Shown: positions 1 to 17,544 of the stretch, piece after piece
How the letters are laid out: every line of letters begins with the position of its first letter
Position numbering within the stretch: the first letter of the stretch is position 1
Source of the DNA: Macrostomum lignano
Lineage: Eukaryota
Length of the DNA: 17,544 bases
Assembly: GCA_002269645.1 (NCBI GenBank)
Contig: NIVC01005249.1
Location: 1 to 17,544, forward strand
Direction of reading: 5' to 3'
Made by a program: the position numbers and the translations under genes
Notes under the pieces: generated by a model
What the model was told of the DNA's origin: nothing
The model's input: the letters and a program-made list of their open reading frames with translations, nothing else
Database searches by the model: none

Positions 1-847
1 AAATGTTTCCATCGAAGAAGTGCTCGACCTGCTGCATCGTCGGCTTCGCGTTTCCTGCAGCTGGCTGTACATGCTCATGACGAATCCGGAGAGCGAAGCC
101 GCACTGGTTCCATAGTGCTCGGCGAGTCTCTCTTGGATCGGGTGGTACGGCTTGCCGCTGCCTCCGATGCCCTCGATGGTGGTGACGTGCCAGCCTACTG
201 CCGAGTACACCGGACACAAGCACTGCAAACGATCACACGAGTCGCGTCATGACCCCAGAGCTGACGTATTCAACTTCATCATTAGTAGGTCGTAATCACG
301 AAGCAAAAGGTGACTCACGAGTTGACAGGCACTGAAACGACCTCTTCTGTAGCCGGGTGCTTGTAGGTGGCCCGTGACAACGCAGCATCCGCACCCGCCT
401 TCTCTACACATAACTTTGTGCCCTTGAGGTTGAGCACATCGCGAAGGAAGTCGTTGAGACTGGTCTCAGGGTTGCAGTCTCTGGGAACTATGAATTAAAG
501 TTGTTCTGTAGCTAAAGACAGCATGGATTATATTAAATTATCTCAGCCACTCCCCGGATCTATATAAACTGAGGTGGATACGTTGACAGGTATTTCATAG
601 TCAGATAGTGTCATTAATTGCGCCTGCTCGTATCAGATGAGACCAAGGACGTCTCGACAACGTGTCAGACACTCGCACCAATTCGCATGTCCGTAATTAT
701 TCTCATCTTTCCATCGCTAGTAGTGCTTAGGCTTAAAGTTTGTTAGAACAAATAAAACTTTAGTGAAATATACTTACTCTCAAGCGCTTTAACCATTCAC
801 AATGAATGTTGGCTCCCCGCTGATGCAGCTATCCCTCCTGAGTACAT
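1..847 (-). CDS. Aldehyde oxidase/xanthine dehydrogenase family paralog B, 5' part only (gene continues past the left edge); nine 1-nt indels as assembled
   Basis: Exon 1 is 847-778 (ATG at 847, GTAAGT donor 777-772) and reads MYSGGIAASAGEPTFIVNGKALE after correcting one -1 and one +1 indel. Exon 2 is 487-319 (TAG acceptor; [35 protein letters not shown]). Exon 3 runs from 222 to <1 (CLCPVYSAVGWHVTTIEGIG...QCGFC). It has the 2Fe-2S motifs and the same intron positions as the 2017-7190 gene. Whether it is intact or a pseudogene cannot be decided from this sequence. Confidence 0.88.
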
Positions 848-2016
848 TTCTTTGAATATGATGTTTTCGAGACTACAGAGCTGAACTATATTCTATTAAG
901 GCTAAGGTGAGTTGTAGCGATTAATTTTGCATTAGTTGCCATTTATATTCTTCAGTATTGTTTAGCGAGGTAGATTTGCTGATACAATTTTTCCAGTGTT
1001 ATCAGTTTGTATTCAAATCCTAGTTAAGGCTGGTTGGTACCTGTGTGGCGGGTAGAATGTACGTCAGATAAGAACCGCAACGAGCAAACTTGATTTAGTG
1101 AGCTGCACTCGAAGTCGGATCTCAGTTCGATGTTTTGCTACTAGCCTGCTGCAAGTCAACTCTCGTATCTGATAGCTAACCTCCAAGCAAAGTTTCTTTT
1201 AGGGTCAGTTGAATCCATACGCTGCCCTGCTTCAATGCGAATTCATAACATTTTATCACAAATTTCTCAATTAGTACAAGTAGATACATCTTAACTAAGC
1301 GGTAAATCGACGGCTGATTATGTGTAAAATCTTCTTTATTTAAATGTTGGCTATGCGAAAGATAATTCTATTGATTGATATGTAAAATGCTGGTTTTATT
1401 GTTTAATTACCAGCGAACTCAATCATGATTGGTCATAATTTCTTACAGAGCAGCACAAACAGCTCGCCTTCGATTAACCACGCAAGTAAAAAATTAATAC
1501 TAGCTACGTCAAAAAGAATATTTTGCAACAAGATATTGTAGCTCGTAAAAGTCTTACTCATTCTCAGTGATCCTTTGCTGCTACAGAAACTACCAGCTAC
1601 TTCAATAAAAAAATGACGGCCTAGCTTTAGGGGCGCTTAGATTTTAGCAAAAAAGCGTCAAATAAATATCAACACACAGGGGTAGCTACCAAGAAAGTAA
1701 TTCATAAAAAAGCAGTAGAACAAAAAGGGTTTAACAAAAAGCACAATATTTTTCAATTCAAAAAAATTCAAAATTTAGGAATAGAAAAAACTGGCACTTT
1801 ATGCGGCAGCTGATAAGTTAAATTAAAAAATCTAAATAGAAAACTAATGGCTACATATTATATATACATAGCAAACTTTTTTATTTAGATTCGCATTTAT
1901 AAAGCGGTAGCGCAAAGTTCAAGCCAGAGACACCATAGCGCACGCAATAAACAACAAAATAAAATCGTCCAAACGCTTGATCAGCGTAATCGAACACAGA
2001 GACAGCCCAATTTCTT

Positions 2017-5000
2017 TTACTCAGAATGTTTAAATTTCCTATCCTTGGTGCCGACCTCGCACAGCTGGAGCACCCGGGCCGGCGTCAGCGGCAGCTCGAA
2101 CGTCAGGTTCACGTCCGGCTTTCCCTGCTGCTTCCGGAAGGCCTCAATCGCTCTCTTGATGGCGGTGACGCAGGTGGCCGCCAGACCGAGCGGCGGCTCC
2201 CCGATCGCCTTCGTGCTGAACACGCTGTCGGTGTCTCCCGGCTTCTTCAGCAGGTGGACGCGGAAGTCGCGCGGCACGTCGGCAGCCTGCGGCGGCTTAT
2301 AGTTCCAGGTACCGTCGGCCAGGTTTCGCCCGGTGTCGGAGTCGTACACGGTTCTCTCAGTCAGGTAGTAACCCATGCCGAACACGTAGGCGCCCTCGAT
2401 CTGGCCAATGTCCACGCCAGGGTTGAGGCTCTTGCCGATGTCCATCGTGATGTCGAGCGCAGGACGACGTACTCGCCGGTGAGGATGTCCACCTCCACCT
2501 CGGCCGCGCCAACGCCGAGGGTAGAGTAGCGAGCGTGCTGGGATTCACGATTTTGGCTGGCGTAGCTGAATGTTCGAGAACGTATCGTAAATTATTTATA
2601 ATCTTTGTAAATCCAGTCACAGGTGACGAATTAGGAGCTTATGAATGGACTACTTACCTGCCGAAAGCCTTGAGCAAGACTCCAGACATGATTGCCGCGA
2701 CAACCAGTTCGTTCCAACCGGCATCTTGCTTATTCTCTTTGATCGGCAACAAGCGCTCTTTGATTTGATCAGCGGCAGCTTTGGCTGCCATGGCGTTGAG
2801 CTCGCTAGTAGCGCTGCCGCCGGTTGCGTCCATCTGTGGCAGCATCATAGTGTCGGTCGGTTTGGCCTTCACCATGTCGAGTGTGGCGCCAAACTCGGCC
2901 AGCTGAGCAACAGCCGCTTGAGCAACTTTCGTTGTCAGACCCTGGCCCATTTCCGTGCCGCTATGCACAATGGAGATGCTGCCATCCATGTGCACCGTAA
3001 GATCGACCTCGGATATGCCAACGCGAGCATAACTGATCGGGTAGGAAATAGCGGACATGTCCAGCCCCCGTTTTTTGTACGCGTTGGCCTGAAAACACGG
3101 TGGGGGATTAAATGATGTATACTTAAATTAGGTAGCTCATGAACTCTGCTAAAACTGAATACGACTTTGTAGTTAACAATCACACTTTTTCTTTACCAGA
3201 TTGAAGGTGTCGATGTCTTTTCTACGCTGGTCTATCTCAGCTGCAATGTACGCTCGTACAACTCGTCCCACATTCGCACCAGATTGTCTTTTGTTCGTTC
3301 CATGCCATTCTGGTCCAACTTGAATTGGATTGGTTTAAATATTCCAAAGTAAAGAAAGGACTAACATCTCTTAGCGCTCATGATTTTTTGCTTTGAAAAT
3401 TGATAAATATGTCTATTACCTGTCCGTCTCTATACAAATTCTTTCGTTTGAAGTCGATAGGATCAATTTTTAGCTTATAAGCCATGTGGTCCATCATGAG
3501 TAGGTTGAACAGCGCGGCTGGACCGGCTCCCGGAGCTCGAACTGATGTGCTCTGTGGCTTATTCGTTTTTAGGTAAGTCAGATTCCTCTTGAACGTTGGC
3601 GAGTAGTACGCTTGATCCATTGAGTCATCCATCTCTCGGCCAATGATGGTGACAACATTACAGACGTAGCCCGCGTCCAAATAAGAGTCCCAATGGACGC
3701 TCATTAGCTGACCATCCTCTGTAGCGCCAGCTTTGTACTTTGTGATCACGGTTGGACGCTTCTGGCTGTACTGGGCCAGAGAATCAAAGCGAAGAAACAT
3801 GCGACAGGGTCGGTGGGTAATATCGCAGGCGATGGTGCAGAGAGCAGTAGCGTGATCTATCTGTAATGCGCGGAGTATAAAATGCCGATGTGTATAGCTT
3901 TGTGACTCAATACTTCAACGAAATGCAAATATTCAGCATAAAAATCGGTGACTGCCAACCATAAAAATTTTTCCACCGAATCCGCCGCCCAAACGGGGAC
4001 AGACCACTCGAAAATGGTTCCTTGGTCTGCCCATCACCTTGGCGAGCACCATAGAGGAAACTTCTGGCCACTGGTGCGGCGCATACACCAAAAAGCCTTC
4101 CTCTGTTTGGCGAACGCTGGTAGTCACTGACTCCATGAAGAAGTGCAGCTGCTCACCGACCACAAACTCTCCTTCAATCTGCACCGACTGCTTTGCCAAC
4201 TCAGCGTCAGGGTCTTCTTTCGAGGCTCTTTGTGCATCCTGGAAGAACATAGATTGCTTAGCCAAAGCCTCCGTGATGTGCACAATTGGCTCATCATCTC
4301 CGGCATCGAAGTTCACTTCGACCAGACTGGCTGCCCGGTCGGCGGCCCACTGGGTCTCGGCGAGGACCGCGGCAACGGGTTGACCAGCAAAACCAACAGC
4401 TTTGGATGGGAAGATCTCGTCCGTCTGCCTAAAGACACCAATTTTATTCAGGGGCATGCATAGATTTCTTCTTATACTTTGTAGAAATCCTTTCACGTGC
4501 GTTTAGGAATATACCAGATTACGAGTACTTACGGTACACGAAGAAATAAGCAAATGTTGTCAAAACTTACGCCTCGGGAGGAAGAATAGGAAGAGTGCAG
4601 TTGTTGGTGTATTTTCCCTCTAAGTCCTTGACTGTAAGGATGCTGTGGAAACCAGGCACTCTCTGTAAAAATTTTTGAATTCAATAAACTAGGCATCGTG
4701 GTCTGGGGAAAAGCAGATCTATTTTCTAAAAAAGTGACAAACATGCATAATATATGTACCTCAGCTTCCTCAGTGTCGAAACCTGTGACCTTGATGGCGG
4801 CCTCGGGAGCCAGAACGTAGGCCAAGAACAGCTCATTCGCGTGAGCTGGGTAGTCGTTCACGTAGGTGGCCTCGCCGGATGTCTGCGCCTTGGACTCGAG
4901 CTTCCTGACCGACTGGCCCAGCGGTGCCGGCTGAAGCTCTTCGACAAAGTCCTGCTCGCCCTCTGGAGAGGCCGGGTGAGGACGGGACCGCCCGAGCGAG

Positions 5001-7190
5001 CGGCGCCTTCCACAGCGTCGCTGCCGATGTCCAAGATGGTCTTGTAGAGAAGGTTCACGGCCAGCTGTCGACGGTGCTCGGGTGAGGAGGCGGTGGCTTC
5101 CTCGACCGGCACCACCTCCGACTCGAGCACCTTCAGCGCGGCTGAAAGTTTTTGAGTGTCGGTTAAGTGATTGTCAAGTTTTCAAGCGATTCTTAAGTCC
5201 AAATAATATTTTAACAACACAATTCTTCGTTTAAAACTCACATTCGACAACCTCTTCATCCAGAAGGCTCTTGTTCAACAGAAAGTTTTCTGTCTTCGTG
5301 GCTCGATTCTACAACAGACAAGGTTACATGTCAACTACTTTGTTGCTTCTGTTTCTGTTCTATAAGTTTAGAATCAGCTGCAGTGCTTACAAATTTGTCA
5401 GAAATTCCACCAATAACAATGGTTGGACGCTCAAGCACAGTGTAGTCCTTTTTCTTGTCAACAGCAAGCTCAAAGGCTCCGTTGACGTAGGCATGGGCGT
5501 TCTGCAAGAGAAACATGTGGGTATTTCAATGTAGCAAAGTATTATTGGTTATACATAGTGTTGTGTCAGAAATACATGATTGACTTTTAGCTCACGAGCT
5601 GACGCGGCGTGATCTTGAACGACCTGTAGAAGTGCTGGTCCGTCGAGATCGCCGGCAGCTTGGCCGACACGATCACCTTCCCGCGCATGTCCAGCCTCAA
5701 AAAGTCGGTCAGCACGTGATCCTGAGTACCCTGCTCATCCGCCACCTTGATCACGGTCTTGGCCGCCTCCAGTGTGATAAACACGTCCGACGGAAAGTCC
5801 TGGTGTCGGTGCTTCATCATGAGGTTTCCAGCCCACGACGCATTCGCGCGAACGGCCTGATTGGCTACCTGCTGGTAGTGGTCGCTGATTCTGTCGAGGT
5901 GAGCCAGTCTGGTCACCTTCTCGGCGGCCTCCTTGAATGTGTCGATCAACTCGCGCAGAGTGACGGTAGCACCGATCTCCAGACCCGACTTGCTCAGCTA
6001 AAAGCAAAGCAAAGATTTATTCAGATTGCGAACTATTCAGATTGCGAACATACAATCCAACTGATAAACTCTTGCTGTAACATCTACCACTCACCCTGAT
6101 GTTGTGCAGCTCTGGAACGTTGCGAACGTTGATGTAGCAGTTGACGAGCACGTCTTCCTTGAACACTCCGGCAGAAGTGTTTCCGCACACGAGCTGGTAC
6201 TCATCGTCCTTGTACCGCTTGAGCAGCTTGAGCAGTTGGTCTAAGCTTCCAGGATTGTAGAAGCGCTGTCCCTTCCAGCCGCGAGCGATTGGGATCACAC
6301 CGGATGTAGGTGGCTTCGCGATGCCTTCAGCGCACAGGCTCTTGTTCATTTCCTGAACAATGGAGTTGATGTTGTATGTGTGAAGGGGTTGAATGGGATG
6401 TTGAAAGGTACTACTGATTGTGCGCCAGATAACATAGGTGCAAACATCAGACTCACCTCGATGTCCACGCAATCACCGTTGTTCGAGTCGCACGCGAACG
6501 ACTTCATGCCGTCGAGAATGGACCGATAGCCTGTGCAGCGACAAATGTTTCCATCGAAGAAGTGCTCGACCTGCTGCATCGTCGGCTTCGCGTTCTCCTG
6601 CAGCTGGCTGTACATGCTCATGACGAATCCGGGAGAGCAGAAGCCGCACTGGGTTCCATAGTGCTCGGCGAGTCTCTCTTGGATCGGGTGGTACGGCTTG
6701 CCGCTGCCTCCGATGCCCTCGATGGTGGTGACGTGCCAGCCTACTGCCGAGTACACCGGACACAAGCACTGCAAACGATCACACGAGTCGCGTCATGACC
6801 CCAGAGCTGACGTATTCAACTTCATCATTAGTAGGTCGTAATCACGAAGCAAAAGGTGACTCACCGAGTTGACAGGCACTGACACGACCTCTTCTGTAGC
6901 CGGGTGCTTGTAGGTGGCCGTGACAACGCAGCATCCGCACCCGCCTTCTCTACACATAACTTTGGTGCCCTTGAGGTTGAGCACATCGCGAAGGAAGTCG
7001 TTGAGACTGGTCTCGGGTTGCAGTCCTTGGGAACTGTTTAGGTTTAGAGGGATGCACGATTTTATTTGTGTGTTAATACGCTCGTAAGCACAAAGAGCAA
7101 TATTATTAGACTTGATTTACCATTAGTGGCTCTTCCGTTAACGAAAATCACGGGATCACCGCTGGAAGGCACAATGCCGCTCGAATACAT
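2017..7190 (-). CDS. Molybdo-flavoenzyme of the xanthine dehydrogenase/aldehyde oxidase family (AOX-like), 14 coding exons, ~1290 aa, four frameshifts as assembled
   Basis: Hand-read exons, all GT-AG: 7190-7121, 7033-6865, 6768-6457, 6352-6095, 5997-5596, 5501-5391, 5308-5242, 5141-4760, 4662-4571, 4428-3960, 3860-3420, 3318-3197, 3088-2658, 2565-2017 (TAA). 2Fe-2S motifs: [31 protein letters not shown]. FAD domain: LVCGNTSAG, RSFKITPRQLNAHAYVNGAF. Moco domain: GEATYVND, RLGGGFGGK, VRAPG, GTEMGQGLTTK, TGGSATSE, DIGQIEGAYVFGMG, KAIGEPPL. Frameshifts near 7015, 4960, 3245 and 2457; no in-frame stops after correction. Confidence 0.95.
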
Positions 7191-8033
7191 AATGTCGCTT
7201 GTGGTTTGGAATTATTTTTTTCGGAAGCGTCAGGCTGGCTATCTGAAATAGTTCTGCGGAGTGTTTTTATTTTGTCAGCAGGGTTAGCTCTTGCTCCTGC
7301 TTTGTTGATGAGAATTTTTTGTTGAAATAAAACTTGGCGCTCTTAAGTGGCTCGGAAGAAAAACACTTAGATTCGATGCGAGAGTGGGCGCTTTCTCACT
7401 TACTTGTGCAGTCTTCTTTCTTGATTATCTTTGGTTAGCTCAGATTTAGCATTGGAAGCTTTTTTCCACTGTATTTGATATGAAACTTTGACCTAAAAGT
7501 TTATGCTGTAATCGCTTAATTGCGCTGGGTAATTCTGCTTTTGTATCGTCTTTTGACAGAGTTTTCTTGTACGGTACTACCTAGAGATAGATAGTTTATT
7601 AATTAAAATAAATTTATCTAATGTTATATGAAACTTGTAAATAATAAACTACTGCGTTTAAAAGTGTTTTGTTCATCGTTTTTACGGTTGTCTTAAAACC
7701 GATTTAAAGACACCTTTTTCTACATACCATATCTTACTGTAGTGACTAAGATACTACAGTCACACAGTAGGTAACACAGTATTGCAGTACTAGAGAATAC
7801 AAACATACCAACTACGACAGTAGTACCACAGTACATATATTATAGTTTTAATGCATGATTTTGTCATCTTAAGTTAAGTTGCTTAAGGTGTTTAAGTTGA
7901 ATATTGGCCGTGAAACGAGCGTGTCATTGTAGATTAAATCATTCATCGCCACATGCGGCCGCAAAGCCTTTCTATCCGGCCCTCGGGTCCTTTGAAACTT
8001 CACAATAGCAATCTTCCCTGCTCAAGGCTTGTG

Positions 8034-8141
8034 TCTCTTCTCAGCTCTCCTCTCTCACTTCTTCCTTCTCTTTTCTCTCCTCTCCTCTCTTCTCTGCTCT
8101 CCTCTCCTCTCTCTTTTCTCTCTTTATTTCGTCTTCTCTCT
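8034..8141. repeat. CT-rich low-complexity tract (degenerate CT microsatellite)
   Basis: About 108 nt composed almost entirely of C/T (ctctcctctct...) between the receptor stop codon and the AOX start codon. Confidence 0.85.
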
Positions 8142-8481
8142 AATGCCAACTAGCAAGCATCTTTAATATGATAAAAAAGGTTATATTACGAGTAGTTGTG
8201 AGCTCGAGCAGAGACACTTTTTGATAACTTTTCGTTCAAATTTAAGGTTAAAATATATATTGTATATCAATCCTCTGTATATTTTTGGCAGCAAGCCATA
8301 AATATTCGTACATTATAAATGTTTAATTATAACAACTTGAGACCTTTCTCAATGGATTAAATGAAAAGTATGTCGCCCAAGCACCTAAAGGAATGAAAAA
8401 GGAGTTGTGTCTGCATCTTAATAAAATATTCAACCGTTAATTGTTTAAGCCAGTTTTCCTGGCCTGTACTGAAGTACTGAT

Positions 8482-15276
<6,795 letters not shown>

Positions 15277-15944
15277 CCTTGCGACTAGTTCACTCACAAC
15301 AATTTTTTTACTTTCTTCGATCTTTTTATCGTTGCAGCTGTAGCTAAAAACAAAATGCCCCTATTTAGCCGTCCCTGCCTTCTCCTCTCCTCTAAACTGC
15401 AGAGAGAAGAAATAGCAAAGCAAAGCAAACGAAGATATATTCTCTTTCCGTATGTGCGTGTATTTGTCTTCTTTTATTGAAGCAGATAAGCTCTGAGACT
15501 TGGAGATGAAAAATTGCTGGCCTAATGCCTCGGAGACTGAACAGTTTGCCAAAGGCATGGAGCATTGCAGTCTGAGTCATGCTTGGGACTGGCCCCGTTT
15601 TTCTGCGTACATTGCCTAGCCAAGCTGAGCTGCCTTATAAGCTAGTTGTGTAGTGTTAGTAGAATGCCTGAGAGACAGATTGAGTCAGTCAAGCAGTGGG
15701 GTTTACACAACTGTCGAGGCTTGAACAGTGACATTAGGGAAATCCGCAAAAGGGTGCATCCATGGTCACCTGTTGAAGATTCAGTAGCTCCGTCTAGGTG
15801 AAGACAAATTGCCTGTGCTGATGAAGTTTAGAGGCTTGACAAGGCTGCACTAAGGCACGCAGTGCTGGGGATTGGCGCGCACAGGCGCTTGTTGCAAAAT
15901 AGGATTTTCTGGCCGGAATCGCTGAATATCTCATCGGGCCTGGA

Positions 15945-16260
15945 CGGATGGCGACTTGAATCTTAGTTGAAAAGGTGCGCAACAAGTTACTATTGCGACT
16001 CACGACTTGAACGTCGGGGTTCGATTCCCGATCCCACTGGAACAATTTGTGTCCTTGAGCAAGACACTTAACTCTGCATTGCTTCAGTTCACCCAGCTGT
16101 AAAATGGTTGCAACATTGGCTGGGGTAATTGAGGCTGTGTGTGGCGACTCCAGTCCTTGGACTGAACAGCCGTACGCAGCCTTCAGATGCGCCGCGCATA
16201 GCTGCGGCTAAGCTGTCGGTTGCACATCTGTCCATTAGGGCAGGTGAAATCAATTATTTT
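15945..16260 (+). mobile_element. tRNA-derived SINE with a CORE-type central domain; boundaries approximate
   Basis: Pol III B box GGTTCGATTCC at 16018-16028, then GTGTCCTTGAGCAAGACACTTAACTCTGCATTGCTTCAGTTCACCCAGCTGTAAAATGG (16049-16107). This matches my recollection of the MIR/CORE consensus (GTGACCTTGGGCAAGTTACTTAACCTCTCTGTGCCTCAGTTTCCTCATCTGTAAAATGG). There is an A/T-rich end near 16250-16265. The A box is degenerate and no TSD was identified. Confidence 0.78.
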
Positions 16261-16295
16261 ATTAGGTACAGAAAACGGAAGAGAAAGCAGAATGC

Positions 16296-16906
16296 GAATT
16301 TGAATATCAGTTTATCTAAATAGAAACTCGAGTTGCCGAATTTGAATTCAGTTTATTAAATAGAAACTCGAGTTGCCGAATTTGATATCAGTTTATCTAA
16401 ATAGAAACTCGAGTTGCGAATTTGAATATCAGTTTATCTAAATAGAAACTCGAGTTGCCGAATTTGAATATCAGTTTATCTAAATAGAAACTCGAGTTGC
16501 GAATTTGAATATCAGTTTATCTAAATAGAAACTCGAGTGGCCGAATTTGAATATCAGTTTATCTAAATAGAAACTCGAGTTGCCGAATTTGAATATCAGT
16601 TTATCTAAATAGAAATCGAGTTGCCGAAATTGAGTGCAGTTTGCGAATTTGAATATTGTTTATAATAGAAACTCGAGTTGCGAATTTGAATATCAGTTTA
16701 TCTAAATAGAAACTCGAGTTGCCGAAATTGAGTCGTTTGCCGAATTTGAATATCAGTTTATCTAAATAGAAACTCGAGTTGCCGAAATCGAGAAGCAGTT
16801 GCCGAATTTGAATATCAGTTTATCTAAATAGAAACTCGAGTTGCCGAAATCGAGGCAGTTTGCCGAATTTGAATATCAGTTTATCTAAATAGAAACTCGA
16901 GTTGCC
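16296..16906. repeat. 42-bp tandem repeat (GAATTTGAATATCAGTTTATCTAAATAGAAACTCGAGTTGCC), 13 copies
   Basis: Copies 1-8 are head-to-tail. A related ~19-20 bp sub-unit (GAAATYGAG..CAGTTTGCC) follows copies 8, 10, 11 and 12. Scattered 1-nt indels. Confidence 0.96.
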
Positions 16907-17544
16907 GATAAATATAATCTCCAAGCAGAAGGAAACTGTGTATAAACGTACGTTATTGTAAGCTAATGCGCTTTTCTACAACTTACAGACACTACCGTTT
17001 ACTTAAGCAGTCAAAACAGTACCTTAAATAGCCTAAAAATAGCGCTATCTTATGAGCTCACAGCTCAAACTAGCAACCTTAAAACATTTCCTAGAGGCCA
17101 TCGCAAACATTTTAGTGTACCTTCCCGACGCATCCAAAGGCATCGACGCAATTCTTAAGCCATCATACTGACTCAACTGTAACTTTATGTAACATATCAC
17201 CCTAAAGCTATTTTAAAAGTAATTTTTTGCATTCATGTCTCCCGAAACTTTGAAAAATTTAGAATCTAGAAAAGTTCAAGCTAATAGTATGAAACCACCT
17301 GAAGAATTTCCTCTGGAATGTATCCGTCATGGGTTGAAATTTATACATGATCCTACATACCTAACCTAGATTTTTATGGCCGACCTGCCTACCTATACAA
17401 AAAGTACAGGTAGAAAAAAGACAGGAAAACTGTACACCCAGCAAAATAAGTACGTCAGAAAAGTTCAAGTAAAGTCGCAGAGTGAAGTTGTTGGCTGTTT
17501 CGCATTGACCCTAAGCAACCCCTTTTTCTCTCTTACCTCTTGCA

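Noticed and set aside
1-847. Pure assembly duplication of the AOX 5' end
   Set aside because: Copy B has its own homologous but synonymously saturated exon 1 and a distinct intron 1, so a second gene exists. Only the identity of exons 2-3 could be artefactual.
2026-6798. Plus-strand and alternate-frame ORFs overlapping AOX exons (e.g. 2026-2529, 2645-3115, 5632-6099)
   Set aside because: Antisense shadows of GC3-rich coding sequence with no recognisable motifs.
7686-7760. Two short inverted repeats upstream of AOX (7686-7714 imperfect; ACTGTAGT/ACTACAGT near 7737-7760)
   Set aside because: Stems of 8-12 bp are expected by chance in AT-rich DNA, and no TSD or partner terminus was found.
16018-16028. 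tRNA gene
   Set aside because: A B box is present but I cannot fold a cloverleaf, and it is followed by a SINE CORE block.
16296-16906. CRISPR-like appearance (repeat with short interposed segments)
   Set aside because: Most copies are directly adjacent, the interposed segments are related to each other rather than unique spacers, there are no cas genes, and the context is eukaryotic.
17234-17544. 44-codon plus-strand ORF (MSPETLKNLE...) and a pyrimidine tract at the window end
   Set aside because: Too short with no recognisable homology. The terminal tract could be a plus-strand acceptor or contain a minus-strand donor of a gene outside the window, and this cannot be resolved here.

Overview
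Eukaryotic (animal, probably invertebrate) genomic DNA with short AT-rich GT-AG introns. All recognisable genes are on the minus strand. (1) 8482-15276: a 10-exon, ~873-aa divergent ionotropic glutamate receptor family gene (signal peptide, amino-terminal domain, ligand-binding domain, M1-M4). Its cytoplasmic tail continues, inside the same exon as M4, into an S1 RNA-binding (OB-fold) domain that closely resembles the C-terminal S1 domain of animal mitochondrial PNPase (PNPT1). This channel/RNA-binding-domain fusion is the most unusual feature of the window. (2) 2017-7190: a complete 14-exon xanthine dehydrogenase/aldehyde oxidase family gene (~1290 aa, aldehyde-oxidase-type active site) carrying four frameshifts. 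(3) 1-847: the 5' end of a tandem paralog. Its exon 1 is synonymously saturated relative to the first copy, but exons 2-3 and intron 2 are nearly identical, suggesting gene conversion or chimeric assembly. The receptor's introns are inflated by micro/minisatellites. A tRNA-derived CORE-type SINE and a 42-bp tandem array lie upstream. Exon models were read by hand. Comparisons with human PNPT1, bovine XOR, GluA2 and MIR are from memory and need database confirmation. Many single-base indels look like long-read consensus errors.
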